This document shows positions 28,165 through 43,140 of a DNA stretch of 64,000 nt, piece after piece. A program made the translations under genes and the position numbers. A model generated the notes under the pieces. The model did not search any database. It had not been told where the DNA came from and worked only from the letters and a program-made list of their open reading frames with translations. Source of the DNA: Eledone cirrhosa (taxonomy: Eukaryota); assembly GCA_964016885.1 (NCBI GenBank), contig OZ024749.1, forward strand, positions 31,062,001 to 31,126,000. The letters are read 5' to 3'. How positions within the stretch are numbered: position 1 is the stretch's first letter; each line of letters starts with the position of its first letter.

Positions 28165-28591
28165 CTCGTGTGTGTGTATATTTTAATTTGGTAAAAAATA
28201 TTAATAGCTGGAAAAGTACTCATTCCGGGGAATGAGTTCTGGTATACCATACATATATTTATTAAAATAAATATTTTACCTGGGTTAATGGCAGTACATA
28301 TATCATTATTGTAGGTCCAAATGTTTCTTTGGCTGCTTCCTTCAGATATTTCTGAAACAGGTACCAAATCTTCAGCCTATACTGAAAAGGTTTTTGTAAT
28401 GACTGCATTTCCTTCGTGTGCTAGAGAGTTCCAAATTGAGAAGTAGAATGAGAGGGGTATTTATATATAGAGTGGGAAAGGATGGTAGCGAAGATGAATT
28501 GTTAAAGAAAATTATTCTATGAAGAAAATTTACCATGGGAAACCGACCGATGTGAATTGTTTTAAGCACCAACTGTAGTTCACAGATAAAA

Positions 28592-29010
28592 TAATAATTT
28601 TTTTATTTAGTTCCAAGAGCAACATTTTGGGAGGTTGGTGAATGCCGATTAAATCAACTACAGTGTGTTACTTGTACTTTATTCTATCGAGCTCAAGGAT
28701 GAAAAGCAAAGCTAAGCTTAGAGGGATTTGAACTCAGAACGTAAAGGACCGTAACTTTATGCCACAAAGCATGTTGTCCGACGCTCTACTGATACTGCCA
28801 ATCCACCGCTCTGCTCGTAGACAAAATAATGGTTTCTTATATAGACACAAGGCCAACAATTTTTTTTTGGGGGGGGAGGGGAAAGTCGATTAAATCGACT
28901 CCAATGCGTCACTGGTACATCGGAAGGATGTGAACTCAGAACTTAAAGGATAGTAACTCTATACCACAATGCATGTTGCCCAACGCTCTACTGATACAGC
29001 CAATCCACCG
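28592..29010 (-). mobile_element. Two head-to-tail copies of an older family A-related SINE
   Basis: Each shows CAATCCACCGCT (5' end) and TGAACTCAGAAC (B box) on +, and a longer 3' region with GATTAAATC(G/A)AC. Confidence 0.75.
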
Positions 29011-29648
29011 CTCTGATCGAAGATAAAATAATAATGCGTTTGACGGGGCGGTTTCATGTAGAAGTGGATACGTGATATCGGTGGATGGTGAATGGGATCG
29101 GTGATGTTTGAGTTCATTAACAATGGATTGCTATTTGAATCAGAAAAATGATTATCTATTTGAATCAATAGAAATCTATTTAAACGAATTGAATCCTGAG
29201 CTGTGGAACTCTCTTTCCACCTCACATCACCAATTACACAGACATATATATGAGAAGAAATATTGAGGGAAATATCCCATATTTAATAACTAAGGAAATA
29301 TGACGATAGAATTTTTTATTTAAATTCATTTGAATTCTTCTGTATGAATAAATTTTTTATTTGATAGAGTTGTCAGAAGCTATCGTGACCGATAATATGT
29401 GATGAAAGGTAAAGTTATTCGAGGTAAAAAATATACAAATGGGTGTTTTGTTGGATTAAAGAAATATAGATTCTTAAAAATACACTTCTGTGCATTTCCA
29501 CGCTTACGTTTTGCCATTAAACACACGAACACATAAATACACACATGCATATATACATAGACACATACACACACACATCTACATCTATCTATCTATATAT
29601 CTATCTATTTATCTCTCTTTCTCTCTCTCTCTCTATATATATATATAT

Positions 29649-29883
29649 AGGAACAAGTAAGACCCCGACGGCTGAGCTCAAGCCGTCTCGACGGCTAATT
29701 CTGGACTGAATGAAAATTTATTCTCATATAATAATAAATTTTCATTCAGTCCAGAATTAGCCGTCGAAACGGCTTGAGCTCAGCCGTCGGGTCTTACTTG
29801 TTCCTATTACCCACTCTACTACACTAAGTATTGAGTACTTTGGTGCGTTATGGTCCACCTGGTTCCTTATCACATTTCCTTCG

Positions 29884-29885
<2 letters not shown>
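29649..29885. mobile_element. Palindromic family P1, copy e (longest centre, opposite orientation)
   Basis: Centre CTGGACTGAATGAAAATTTATT..AATAAATTTTCATTCAGTCCAG; tail on the right. Confidence 0.87.
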
Positions 29886-30246
<361 letters not shown>

Positions 30247-30559
30247 CTGTGGGGGGGGGGCTTTTACGCTTTTATTCTTTTACATGTTCCAGCCTGATTG
30301 ACTGAGGCCATACTGGGACATATACAAAGCTGCGAAGGAGTTTCAATATTACTTCCATCGGTCTCGGTTGATTTATGTTTGTCGACAGTTCATTTCCTCC
30401 TTACGAAGTCCAATCGTATACCTGAACATCATCGCACATGTTAGGCTTTCGCACTTATATACATCAACACACTCACTCACACACATTCATACACACAAAC
30501 CCACACACGCACGCATATATATATGCGTGCGTGTGTGGGTTTGTGCGTATTATATATTA

Positions 30560-30600
<41 letters not shown>

Positions 30601-30601
30601 T

Positions 30602-30632
<31 letters not shown>

Positions 30633-30655
30633 TTATATATATATATATACATATT

Positions 30656-30686
<31 letters not shown>

Positions 30687-30781
30687 TTATATATATATAT
30701 ATATATACTTATATATATATATATATATATACTTATATATATATATATATACTTATATATATATATAAGTATATATATACA

Positions 30782-30859
<78 letters not shown>

Positions 30860-30945
30860 TGTATATATATACTTATATATATACTTATATATATATATAT
30901 ATATATATATATACTTATATATATACATATATGTATATATATACT

Positions 30946-30988
<43 letters not shown>

Positions 30989-31007
30989 TTATATATATAC
31001 ATATATC

Positions 31008-31059
<52 letters not shown>

Positions 31060-31067
31060 CATATATC

Positions 31068-31127
<60 letters not shown>

Positions 31128-31364
31128 ATATTTTAAGTATATAGAAATGTGTCTGCGTGTGTTGCTGTATTTACTTTGTATATGGTCATATTGCATTCTA
31201 AATTACTAGTCCTAATGGTTACACCAGTTGTATAGTTAATGTTTAATATATGTTCGATTAATATTAACATCTTTACACCAGTGCATATCATCTGTTCATC
31301 TGTATCGTTCAATCGAAAATCTTCGCCGTCACACCATCTCATTTCGCCACTATTGCCATCAACA

Positions 31365-34300
31365 CCATCACCATCACTATCTCGAGCACCACCCACGTCA
31401 CCATCATCACCCACGTCACCATCACCGCCCACGTCACCAGCACCCCCAACGTCACCATCACTATCTCCAGCACCACCAACGTCACTATCACTATCTCCAT
31501 CACCGCCAACGTCACCATCACTATCTCCATCACCATCAACGTCACTATCACTATCTCCAGCACAACCAACGTCACCATCACTATCTCCATCACCGCCAAC
31601 GTCACCATCACTATCTCCATCACCATCAACGTCACTATCACTATCTCCAGCACCACCAACGTCACCATCACTATCTCCAGCACCGCCAACGTCACCATCA
31701 CCACCAACGTCACCAAAAATATCTCAATCACCGCCAACGTCACCATCACTATCTCCATCACCGCCAACGTCACCATCACTATCTCCAGCACCATCAACGT
31801 CACCATCACTATCTCCAGCACCGCCAACGTCACCATCACTATCTCCAGCACCATCAACGTCACCATCACTATCTCCAGCACCGCCAACGTCACCATCACC
31901 ACCCACGTCACCATCACCACCCACGTCACCATCACCGCCCACGTCACCATCGCTATCTCCATCACCTCCAACGTCACCATCACCACCTACGTCACCATCA
32001 CCGCCAACGTCACCATCACTATCTCCAGCACCACCAACGTCACCATCACTATCTCCATCACCACCAACGTCACCATCACTATCTCCAGCACCACCAACGT
32101 CACCATCACTATCTCCTGCACCACCAACGTCACCATCACTATCTCCAGCACCACCAACGTCACCATCACTATCTCCAGCACCACCACCGCCAACGTCACC
32201 ATCACTATCTCCAGCACCACCAACGTCACCATCACTATCTCCAGCACCACCAACGTCACCATCACCACCAACGTCACCATCACTATCTCCAGCACCACCA
32301 CCGCCAACGTCACCATCACTATCTCCAGCACCACCAACGTCACCATCACTATCTCCAGCACCACCAACGTCACCATCACCACCAACGTCACCATCACTAT
32401 CTCCAGCACCACCAACGTCACCATCACTATCTCCAGCACCACCAACGTCACCATCACCACCAACGTCACTATCACTATCTCCATCACCACCAACGTCACC
32501 ATCACTATCTCCAGCACCACCAACGTCACCATCACTATCTCCAGCACCACCACCGCCAACGTCACCATCACTATCTCCAGCACCACCAACGTCACCATCA
32601 CTATCTCCAGCACCACCAACGTCACCATCACCACCAACGTCACTATCACTATCTCCATCACCACCAACGTCACCATCACTATCTCCAGCACCACCAACGT
32701 CACCATCACTATCTCCAGCACCACCACCGCCAACGTCACCATCACTATCTCCAGCACCACCAACGTCACCATCACTATCTCCAGCACCACCAACGTCACC
32801 ATCACTATCTCCATCACCACCAACGTCACCATCACTATCTCCATCACCACCAACGTCACCATCACTATCTCCATCACCACCAACGTCACCATCACTATCT
32901 CCAGCACCACCAACGTCACCATCCCTATCTCCAGCACCACCAACGTCCCCATCACCGCCAACGTCACCATCACTATCTCCAGCACCACCAACGTCCCCAT
33001 CACCGCCAACGTCACCATCACTATCTCCAGCACCACCACCGCCAACGTCACCATCACTATCTCCAGCACCACCAACGTCACCATCACCGCCAACGTCACC
33101 ATCACTATCTCCAGCACCACCAACGTCACCATCACTATCTCCATCACCGCCAACGTCACCATCACTATCTCCATCACCGCCAACGTCACCATCACTATCT
33201 CCAGCACCACCAACGTCACCATCACTATCTCCAGCACCGCCCACGTCACCATCACTATCTCCATCACCGCCAACGTCACCATCACTATCTCCAGCACCAC
33301 CAACGTCATCATCACTATCTCCAGCACCACCAACGTCACCATCACCGCCAACGTCACCATCACTATTCCAGCACCACCAACGTCACCATCACTATCTCCA
33401 TCACCACCAACGTCACCATCACTATCTCCAGCACCACCAACGTCATCATCACTATCTCCAGCACAACCAACGTCACCATCACCGCCAACGTCACCATCAC
33501 TATCTCCAGCACCACCAACGTCACCATCACCACCTACGTCACCATCACCGCCAACGTCACCATCACTATCTCCAGCACCTCCAACGTCACCATCACCACC
33601 TACGTCACCATCACCACCAACGTCACCATCAATATCTCCAGCACCGCCAACGTCACCATCACTATCTCCAGCACCACCACCGCCAACGTCACCATCACTA
33701 TCTCCATCACCACCAACGTCACCATCACTATCTCCAGCACCACCAACGTCACCATCGCCACCAACGTCACCATCACTATCTCCAGCACCACCAACGTCAC
33801 CATCACTATCTCCAGCACCACCACCGCCAACGTCACCATCACTATCTCCAGCACCACCAACGTCACCATCACCGCCAACGTCACCATCACTATCTCCATC
33901 ACCGCCAACGTCACCATCACTATCTCCAGCACCACCAACGTCACCATCACTATCTCCAGCACCACCAACGTCACCATCACTATCTCCAGCACCACCACCG
34001 CCAACGTCACCATCACTATCTCCATCACCACCAACGTCACCATCACTATCTCCAGCACCACCAACGTCACCATCACCACCAACGTCACTATCACTATCTC
34101 TATCACCACCAACGTCACCATCACTATCTCCAGCACCACCACCGCCAACGTCACCATCACTATCTCCAGCACCACCAACGTCACCATCACTATCTCCAGC
34201 ACCACCAACGTCACCATCACCACCAACGTCACCATCACTATCTCCAGCACCACCAACGTCACCATCACCGCCAACGTCACCATCACTATCTCCAGCACCA

Positions 34301-36626
34301 CCAACGTCACCATCACTATCTCCAGCACCACCAACGTCACCATCACCACCAACGTCACTATCACTATCTCCATCACCACCAACGTCACCATCACTATCTC
34401 CAGCACCACCAACGTCACCATCACTATCTCCAGCACCACCACCGCCAACGTCACCATCACTATCTCCAGCACCACCAACGTCACCATCACTATCTCCAGC
34501 ACCACCAACGTCACCATCACCACCAACGTCACCATCACCACCAACGTCACTATCACTATCTCCATCACCACCAACGTCACCATCACTATCTACAGCACCA
34601 CCAACGTCACCATCACTATCTCCAGCACCACCACCGCCAACGTCACCATCACTATCTCCAGCACCACCAACGTCACCATCACTATCTCCATCACCACCAA
34701 CGTCACCATCACTATCTCCATCACCACCAACGTCACCATCACTATCTCCATCACCACCAACGTCACCATCACTATCTCCAGCACCACCAACGTCACCATC
34801 CCTATCTCCAGCACCACCAACGTCCCCATCACCGCCAACGTCACCATCACTATCTCCAGCACCACCAACGTCCCCATCACCGCCAACGTCACCATCACTA
34901 TCTCCAGCACCACCACCGCCAACGTCACCATCACTATCTCCAGCACCACCAACGTCACCATCACCGCCAACGTCACCATCACTATCTCCAGCACCACCAA
35001 CGTCACCATCACTATCTCCATCACCGCCAACGTCACCATCACTATCTCCATCACCGCCAACGTCACCATCACTATCTCCAGCACCACCAACGTCACCATC
35101 ACTATCTCCAGCACCGCCCACGTCACCATCACTATCCCCATCACCGCCAACGTCACCATCACTATCACCATCACCGCAAACGTCACCATCACTATCTCCA
35201 GCACCACCAACGTCATCATCACTATCTCCAGCACCACCAACGTCACCATCACCGCCAACGTCACCATCACTATTCCAGCACCACCAACGTCACCATCACT
35301 ATCTCCATCACCGCCAACGTCACCATCACTATCTCCAGCACCACCAACGTCACCATCACTATCTCCAGCACCGCCCACGTCACCATCACTATCTCCATCA
35401 CCGCCAACGTCACCATCACTATCACCATCACCGCCAACGTCACCATCACTATCTCCAGCACCACCAACGTCATCATCACTATCTCCAGCACCACCAACGT
35501 CACCATCACCGCCAACGTCACCATCACTATTCCAGCACACCAACGTCACCATCACTATCTCCATCACCACCAACGTCACCATCACTATCTCCAGCACCAC
35601 CAACGTCATCATCACTATCTCCAGCACAACCAACGTCACCATCACCGCCAACGTCACCATCACTATCTCCAGCACCACCAACGTCACCATCACTATCTCC
35701 AGCACCACCAACGTCACCAGCACCACCAACGTCACCATCTCTATCTACAGCACCACCAACGTCACCATCTCTATCTCCATCACCGCCAACGTCACCATCA
35801 CTATCACCAGCACCACCAACGTCACCATCACCGCCAATGTCACCATCACTATCTCCAGCACCACCAACGTCACCATCACCGCCAACGTCACCATCACTAT
35901 CTCCAGCACCACCAACGTCACCATCACCGCCAACGTCACCATCTCTATCTCCAGCACCGCCAACGTCACCATCACTATCTCCAGCACCACCAACGTCACC
36001 ATCACCGCCAACGTCACCATCACTATCTCCAGCACCACCAACGTCACCATCACCGCCAACGTCACCATCACTATCTCCAGCACCACCATCGTCACCATCA
36101 CCGCCAACGTCACCATCACTATCTCCAGCACCAACAACGTCACCATCACAGCCAACGTCACTACCACTATCTCCAGCACCGCCAACGTCACCATCACTAT
36201 TTCGAACACCGCTAACGTCACCATCACTATCTCCAGCACCACCAACGTCACCATCACCGCCAACGTCACCATCACTATCTCCAGCACCACCAACGTCACC
36301 ATCACAGCCAACGTCACCACCACTATCTCCAGCACCGCCAACGTCACCATCACTATTTCGAACTCCGCTAACGTCACTATCACTATCTCCAGCACCACCA
36401 ACGTCACCATCACCGCCAACGTCACCATCACTATCTCCAGCACCACCAACGTCACCATCACCGCCAACGTCACCATCACTATCTCCAGCACCACCAACGT
36501 CACCATCACAGCCAACGTCACCATCACTATCTCCAGCACCACCAACGTCACCATCACCGCCAACGTCACCATCACTATCTCCAGCACCGCTAACGTCACC
36601 ATCACTATCTCCAGCACCACCAACAT
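31365..36626. repeat. 5.3-kb CAC-rich minisatellite (30-bp unit with 18- and 36-bp variants)
   Basis: Unit CAACGTCACCATCACTATCTCCAGCACCAC; unit lengths are multiples of 3, which explains the long low-complexity ORFs. Confidence 0.97.
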
Positions 36627-36647
36627 TGCTATCTTCACCACTACCAC

Positions 36648-36678
<31 letters not shown>

Positions 36679-37125
36679 ACCATCACCACCACCACCAATA
36701 CCACCACTACCACCACCACAACCACAACCACCACCACCACCACTACAACAACCACCACAACCACCACCACCACCACTACAACAACCACCACAACCACCGC
36801 CACCACCATCACCACCACCACCACCGCCACCATCACCACCACCACAGCTACCACCACCACCGCCACCATAACTACCACCACTATCACCACCCCCACCACC
36901 ACCACCACCACTACCACCACCACCACCATTACCACCGCCACCACTATCACCACCACCACCACCACCACCACCACCACTACCACCACCACCACCACTATCA
37001 CCACCACCACTAAAACACCACCAGCACCAGCACCAGCACCAGCACCACAATCACCACCACCACCACTACCACTACAACTACCACCACCACCAACACCACC
37101 ACTACCACCACCACCACCACCACTG
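36627..37125. repeat. Degenerate (CAC)n trinucleotide tract
   Basis: Direct inspection. Confidence 0.95.
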
Positions 37126-37445
37126 CTATCAACACATCAGACATACTTCACAGCTGAATATGTTTTTGCCAAATTCCTTGTGTTTTTTATCCACCCGGTA
37201 AACAACAGCTTCATATGACATTGGAAGTCGAAAAACAAAACACGAAACGGAAACACACACACACACACACACAGACACAGACACACACACAGACTAGTGC
37301 ATAGACATACAGACACACACATACGCATATTTAACAACTATAAACACTCGAAGAGACAATCTCACACATCTCTATATACACACCAACATTATCTTACACA
37401 CTAACACCAACCATTTGTAAACGTTAATGGAATCAATAAACACAG

Positions 37446-37487
<42 letters not shown>

Positions 37488-37574
37488 ATATTTATATATA
37501 TATATATATATGAATGTATATATATATATATTTATATCAATGTATGTATATATGTATGTATGTATATATGTGTC

Positions 37575-38130
37575 TCATGGCCGGGTGGTTGTACACTAAA
37601 CTGGCAACCACACCAAGGTTTCTTTGTGAGGGGGGTGGCTTTGGACATCCTGCAGGATTAAAAACAAAACCTGTCAAAGGGCAAAGGAGCTCTTAAGTGT
37701 CAATGGCCATCCAAAATCACCGGGAGAGATGACCCCTTAGCCGTTGTCAAGGCAGAATTCTAGGAGAAAGAAAACTCTGATATAACACCTGCAACTCTGA
37801 TGGTATCCAATGATGTTGACTTGTTCTTCTTTTTGGTAAATATCATCTTGGTTAAGAGAGTGGGACTGGCTTTGTGCAGTGCCTTTGCTCACTATAAAAG
37901 CTTCACGGCACATGCATTGCTCTATATCTGGAGATCTATCTGCACTTGTCGTCACATGGTACCATAGGCACAGCATTATGTGTCAATAATTGTCACAAGT
38001 GTAGTGTTTGTACCAGAGTGTTCAAGTCGCTGGCTGGACTAAACAGTCACACTCGTTCAGCGCATTGGTAAGGGTTCTGCTACATGGATATAAAGTCTTG
38101 GCCGTACTCGAAAACGAGTTGGCAGCCACC
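37575..38130 (+). mobile_element. Unclassified GC-richer repeat, possibly an RTE-related 5' region
   Basis: Contains CTAGGAGAAAGAAAACTCTGAT, which I associate with RTE-related elements; single copy here. Confidence 0.3.
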
Positions 38131-38151
38131 AATTATATATGTATATATATA

Positions 38152-38430
38152 ATGTAGGAGGTGAGTTTTATTGTAGTACAATAAAGCAATGCATACATCG
38201 GATAAGAAGCACTCTACTGTTTGTAGGACTGGAGTATACATAATATATAAGAACAAAAGATGGTTAAAATATGTTGATTTAAAACTGAACTATCCACAAG
38301 TGTTTTTTAACCTTCATATCATGTCTTCCTGTTTTATCTGATGAAAACACAAATATTATTGCATGATGATATTTGTTTTTGAAATGCGCATAATAAAATA
38401 CATGGAACTCTTTTAACCATCTTTTGTTCT

Positions 38431-38440
<10 letters not shown>
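38152..38440 (+). mobile_element. Short copy of the same PLE family as 20845-22600
   Basis: Inverted tail plus 3' end (38152-38270), then 170 bp of pLTR with hammerhead (38271-38440); (TA)n flanks. Confidence 0.85.
38330..38400 (+). ncRNA. Type I hammerhead ribozyme
   Basis: tgttttat CTGATGA aaacacaaatattat-tgcatg-atgatatttgttttt GAAA t-gcgc-a TA ataaaata. Confidence 0.9.
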
Positions 38441-38491
<51 letters not shown>

Positions 38492-38580
38492 CATACATGT
38501 GATGAACGTGTATACTTAATGTAAGAATTGGTTTGTATATTTGGATTCTGGTGTAAACATAAAGAAACAGGCCAAAATAC

Positions 38581-38652
<72 letters not shown>

Positions 38653-38653
38653 T

Positions 38654-39061
38654 ATATAATCAAGGTTTAGCAAATAAGAAAAAGTTTCAAAATAAATTTC
38701 AAAAATTCACTGTACTGACTATGGTTATCTTTACGATTCAGTTTCGAGTCTCAAAAATAAATGTCAGTCCTTGCGGCCTTCCATTGAAAATATAAACTCT
38801 CGTCAGAAGGTTCTTTTCACTCGGCGAATATAAAATTCCCGAGTTCAGAACTGTCCATTTATTTTTGAGACTCGAAACGATTCGGTAAAGGTAACCATAG
38901 TGAGTACAGTGAATTTTTTGAATCTATTTTGAGACTTTTTCTTATTTGCTAAACCTTGATTATATATGTTCTGGCTCGTTAATTTATTAACCTGCCATTG
39001 AACCAGATTGGTATATGGTTGGACAATACATGTGTCCCTGGACGCTTTTTGCGTGTAGGGA
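38654..39061 (-). mobile_element. PLE-like remnant with inverted arm and tail (family P7)
   Basis: About 38654-38770 is inverted at about 38848-38967; tail 38968-39061; full hammerhead on the minus strand. Confidence 0.75.
38727..38811 (-). ncRNA. Type I hammerhead ribozyme with large loop II
   Basis: Minus strand: acctt CTGACGA gagttt..agactc GAAA c-tgaatc-g TA aagat; the inverted arm reads aaggt, restoring a 5-bp helix I; GUA triplet. Confidence 0.7.
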
Positions 39062-39087
39062 TATATACTTTATTATTATATACATCC

Positions 39088-39268
39088 AAGGGCGGAGGAT
39101 TGGCAGTATCGGTAGTAGGGTCGGACGCCATGCTTTCCGCCATGCTTTACGATTTTAGTTCAAATCCCGCCGATGTTGACATTGCCTTTCATCCTTACGG
39201 GGTCAATAAAATAAAGTACCAGTAATGCACTGGTTAATTGATGGCCTTGTGCCTAAAGTAGCAACAAT

Positions 39269-39273
<5 letters not shown>
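39088..39273 (+). mobile_element. SINE family A, full length
   Basis: A box, B box, core and tail. Confidence 0.88.
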
Positions 39274-39316
<43 letters not shown>

Positions 39317-39485
39317 ATATATATATATATATTTGTTAAAATAACAGATTAAAGTTTAAGTAAAGAATCGTTGCTTTCAGTTATTTCAATAAATATTTGC
39401 TCTACGGTTCTTATATATTTGATATATATTCATCCTTATCGAGCCCTCTTTAGATTTTAGTCTTCAAATTTATTATCATTACTAT

Positions 39486-39668
39486 ATTGGCAGTATCGGT
39501 AGATGGTCGGACGCCATGCTTTTACGCATAGAGTTACGTCCCTTGCCATTCTGAGTTCAAATCCCGTCGAGGTTAACTTTGCCTTTCATCCTTACAGGGT
39601 CGATAAAATAAAGTACCAGTAATGCACTGGTTAATTGCTGACCTTGTGCCAAACGTAGAAACAATTAC
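39486..39668 (+). mobile_element. SINE family A
   Basis: A box, B box, core and tail. Confidence 0.88.
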
Positions 39669-39977
39669 TATACATATATATAAGTTATGTATATATATGT
39701 GTGTATATATATATATATATATACATACAATGTCTCATGCAAACAAACATATGCTAGCAATGAAATTCATAACATCAGATACTCCATATATAATATTACT
39801 ATATATTATTATAGATATTATTAATATAGCTTAGAATCAATGCTGTTGTTTGCCTGCTAATGGAGTAAGTTTTTGAAATAGTTACTTGCTATGTATAATG
39901 ATATATATGTGTATTATATAAATATATATATATATATATATACATATATATCATATATATATATATTTATATATATA

Positions 39978-40038
<61 letters not shown>

Positions 40039-40062
40039 ATATATATATATATATGTATATAT

Positions 40063-40107
<45 letters not shown>

Positions 40108-40313
40108 ATATATATATATATATGTATATATAGATAGATATATTTATATAATATATATTATATATTTATATATATGTATATATATATATATATATAATAT
40201 ATATTATATATTTATATATTATATATATATACATATATATATTAAATATATATAACATAATATACTTTTTATATACATATACATATATTCATATGTATGT
40301 ATATTATACATTT

Positions 40314-40403
<90 letters not shown>

Positions 40404-40791
40404 AAATGTATATAAATATATACATATACATATATATATACATGTGTATATGTATATCTACCTACAAACAAACTAACACACACATACACACACACACACA
40501 CACGCACGCACACATATATATATATATATATATAGTGAAATGTTACATTAATCTACACAGTATGCAATGTTATATTGATTTGCAATGCCTATAATAAGTA
40601 AAAGAAAAAATGTGTTGTTTGTTTACTTGTTCTAGCATTTTATTTCACCATAGATTCTATTGCCTTTCATCTCATCTTGTTATCCTTTCTTTATTAATTA
40701 CAATATTGAGTATTGCTAAGGGCAGATTATATATAACAGATTTTATATTTGTAAATTCAAATACACATATACATACATACATATTAATATA

Positions 40792-40856
<65 letters not shown>

Positions 40857-40873
40857 TTATATATATATATATA

Positions 40874-40972
<99 letters not shown>

Positions 40973-41118
40973 ATATATATATGTATGTATATATATATAT
41001 AAATATATATTAATATAGAAAAGCTTCTACAGGACTAGAACTGTTCCACTCGTGAGAAATCATCAATATATATATATACATACATATAAGTATATTTTTG
41101 TATATATGTATTTATATA

Positions 41119-41160
<42 letters not shown>

Positions 41161-41217
41161 TAAGTTATTCCGGGTTGAATCAGAGGTAACCACACACACA
41201 CATACACACACACACAC

Positions 41218-41265
<48 letters not shown>

Positions 41266-41438
41266 GCATATATATATATACATATATCTATATACGTGTA
41301 TATATATACACATATACAGTCACACACATACACACTCCCCCCACCCCACACACATATATACATATATCTATATACGTGTATATATATACACATATACAGT
41401 CACACACATACACACTCCCCCCACCCCACACACACACG

Positions 41439-41519
<81 letters not shown>

Positions 41520-41689
41520 GAATATATGTTTCTATTTACATATTTTCCAGACAGATGTTATTTGGTCCGGATGCGCCCTCATTGGCATCGATCTCTCAAT
41601 AACTGTAGAGACGTCAGCAATCATTGGCAGCGCCAATAGCCAAGGCTGCAGTGGCATTTAGCTGCATACTCTTAAGTATTGGTATCCAT

Positions 41690-42760
41690 TTTGTTTAGCT
41701 GTGTGATGACATATTTTGCAGTATGATGTCATGCTTGGCAGTTTAATGACATTGTTAGGTGTGTGATAACTGTACTTCCCGTCAACGAAGACGCATCGTC
41801 TTCGAGGACGCATCCTAATTTTGACAACCAAAAATTAGAAGAAAAAAATGAGTAAACAACCTTACGCCTGCAGGACGCTTGGTAGATTATTGAGACTTAT
41901 TTTAGGAAAAAAGTAGCGACGGGAAATACATTATATGCTTAGGTGTGTCATGGCATGATTAACTCCGTGCTGACATATTTAGGTGTGTGATGGAATTGTT
42001 TCGCCTGTGATTATATGTTTAGGTTTGTGATGACATGATTATCTGTGTAATTGCATCGTTAGGTGTTTAATAACATCTTTTGTTGAGGAGTTTTTCTCTT
42101 TTTTTGTTCTTATGACGCTAAACTCCACCATTTACAGACTGCGCATCAACATGCGATTTCTCCCTCCACAAAGTTCGATCATCAGCAGCAAAGATCAAGT
42201 CCTGTCCATAAATTGACATTGTCAAGCCATCATTTTGGCTGCCGCCGTCTGCTTCTCACACCAGCCAACATTACTTCTAGGCATAGCCTACTAACACCAT
42301 GAGTTGTTAATCATTTTATATGGCCGCATAGTTTAAGTAGTCAAAGTTTGGTAATGTTGAGCAGCTCACTGATACAGAGTGTGGTTGAATTATAAGTTGA
42401 ATGAATTCATGTTTAGGTCTCTGATGATGTGATTAAATGTGTGATGATATGTATAGATATGTGATCATATTGTTAGGTATGTGACGACGCAAGGGTTAAA
42501 TATGTGATAACATATTTAAGTTTTTGATAGCAGGGTTAGGTATGTGATGACATATTTAATTGTGTGATAACAGGCTTGTGTATGTGATGACGTATTTAAT
42601 TGTGTGATAACATTGTTAGGTGTGTGATGAGACATTTTGCAATATGATGCCATGTTTAGCATTTTGATGGCATTGTTTGGCGTGTGATAATATGTTTAGG
42701 TTTGTGATGACGAGGTCATGTACGTAATAACATGGTTAGGTCATTATAAGATATTTGCAC
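41690..42760. repeat. Degenerate approx. 21-bp minisatellite (TTAGGTGTGTGATGACA-like), interrupted
   Basis: Recurrent AGGT(G/A)TGTGAT(G/A)ACA motif. Confidence 0.7.
42105..42378 (-). mobile_element. Degenerate RTE LINE 3' fragment
   Basis: Minus-strand translation ELLNITKL*LLKLCGHIK*..CLEVMLAGVRSRRRQPK*WLDNVNLWTGL..DDRTLWRE matches the RTE C-terminus, with stops. Confidence 0.7.
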
Positions 42761-42807
42761 TAATTACACATACGCATACACACATACACACATACAGGCA
42801 TATTCAC

Positions 42808-42929
42808 TGTGAAGGCCTGTGGCTGAGTGGTGAGAGAATTGGATTCGCAATCGTGACGTTGTGTGTTCGATTCTTGGACCGGGCGATGCGTTATGTCCTT
42901 GAGCAAGACACTTTATTTCACGTTGCTCC
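42808..42929 (+). mobile_element. CORE-type tRNA SINE, 5' part
   Basis: A box TGGCTGAGTGG, B box GTTCGATTC, CORE-like GTCCTTGAGCAAGACACTTTATTTCACGTTGCTCC. Confidence 0.8.
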
Positions 42930-43031
42930 TTCTATGGAGTTGCGACCGATAGATAGTATTAGCAATTGGAAAGAGCAACGGAAACATTGTTTCCTCGGTC
43001 CGATTTGACGAAAGTCGATCGACTGTAGATG

Positions 43032-43072
<41 letters not shown>

Positions 43073-43088
43073 TTACAACAGAGACATA

Positions 43089-43140
43089 AATAGGAACTCA
43101 AGTTTCATTCGGTTCTGGGCCTCAATTTCTTCAGCCTGTC
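43089..43140 (-). ncRNA. Degenerate type I hammerhead ribozyme
   Basis: Minus strand: gacagg CTGAAGA aattgagg..ccgaat GAAA c-ttga-g TT cctatt; helices I and II imperfect; about 20 nt from a (TA)n tract. Confidence 0.45.

Noticed and set aside
28165-28575. Decayed PLE end (minus-strand CTGAAGA..GAAA and a weak LNLELSS..CSHYK peptide)
   Set aside because: Ribozyme helices do not pair and the peptide similarity is too weak
31239-36215. 1658-aa ORF and overlapping antisense ORFs as a real protein
   Set aside because: Stop-poor triplet-phased repeat; the peptide switches between repeat frames at 2-nt deletions; no domain or convincing start
41551-41661. Plus-strand exon after a strong acceptor (tattttccag)
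   Set aside because: All three frames stop within about 110 bp, no clear donor and no recognisable peptide
42165-42190. CTGATGA on the minus strand
   Set aside because: Lies inside RTE coding remnant, followed by GAAC with no helices
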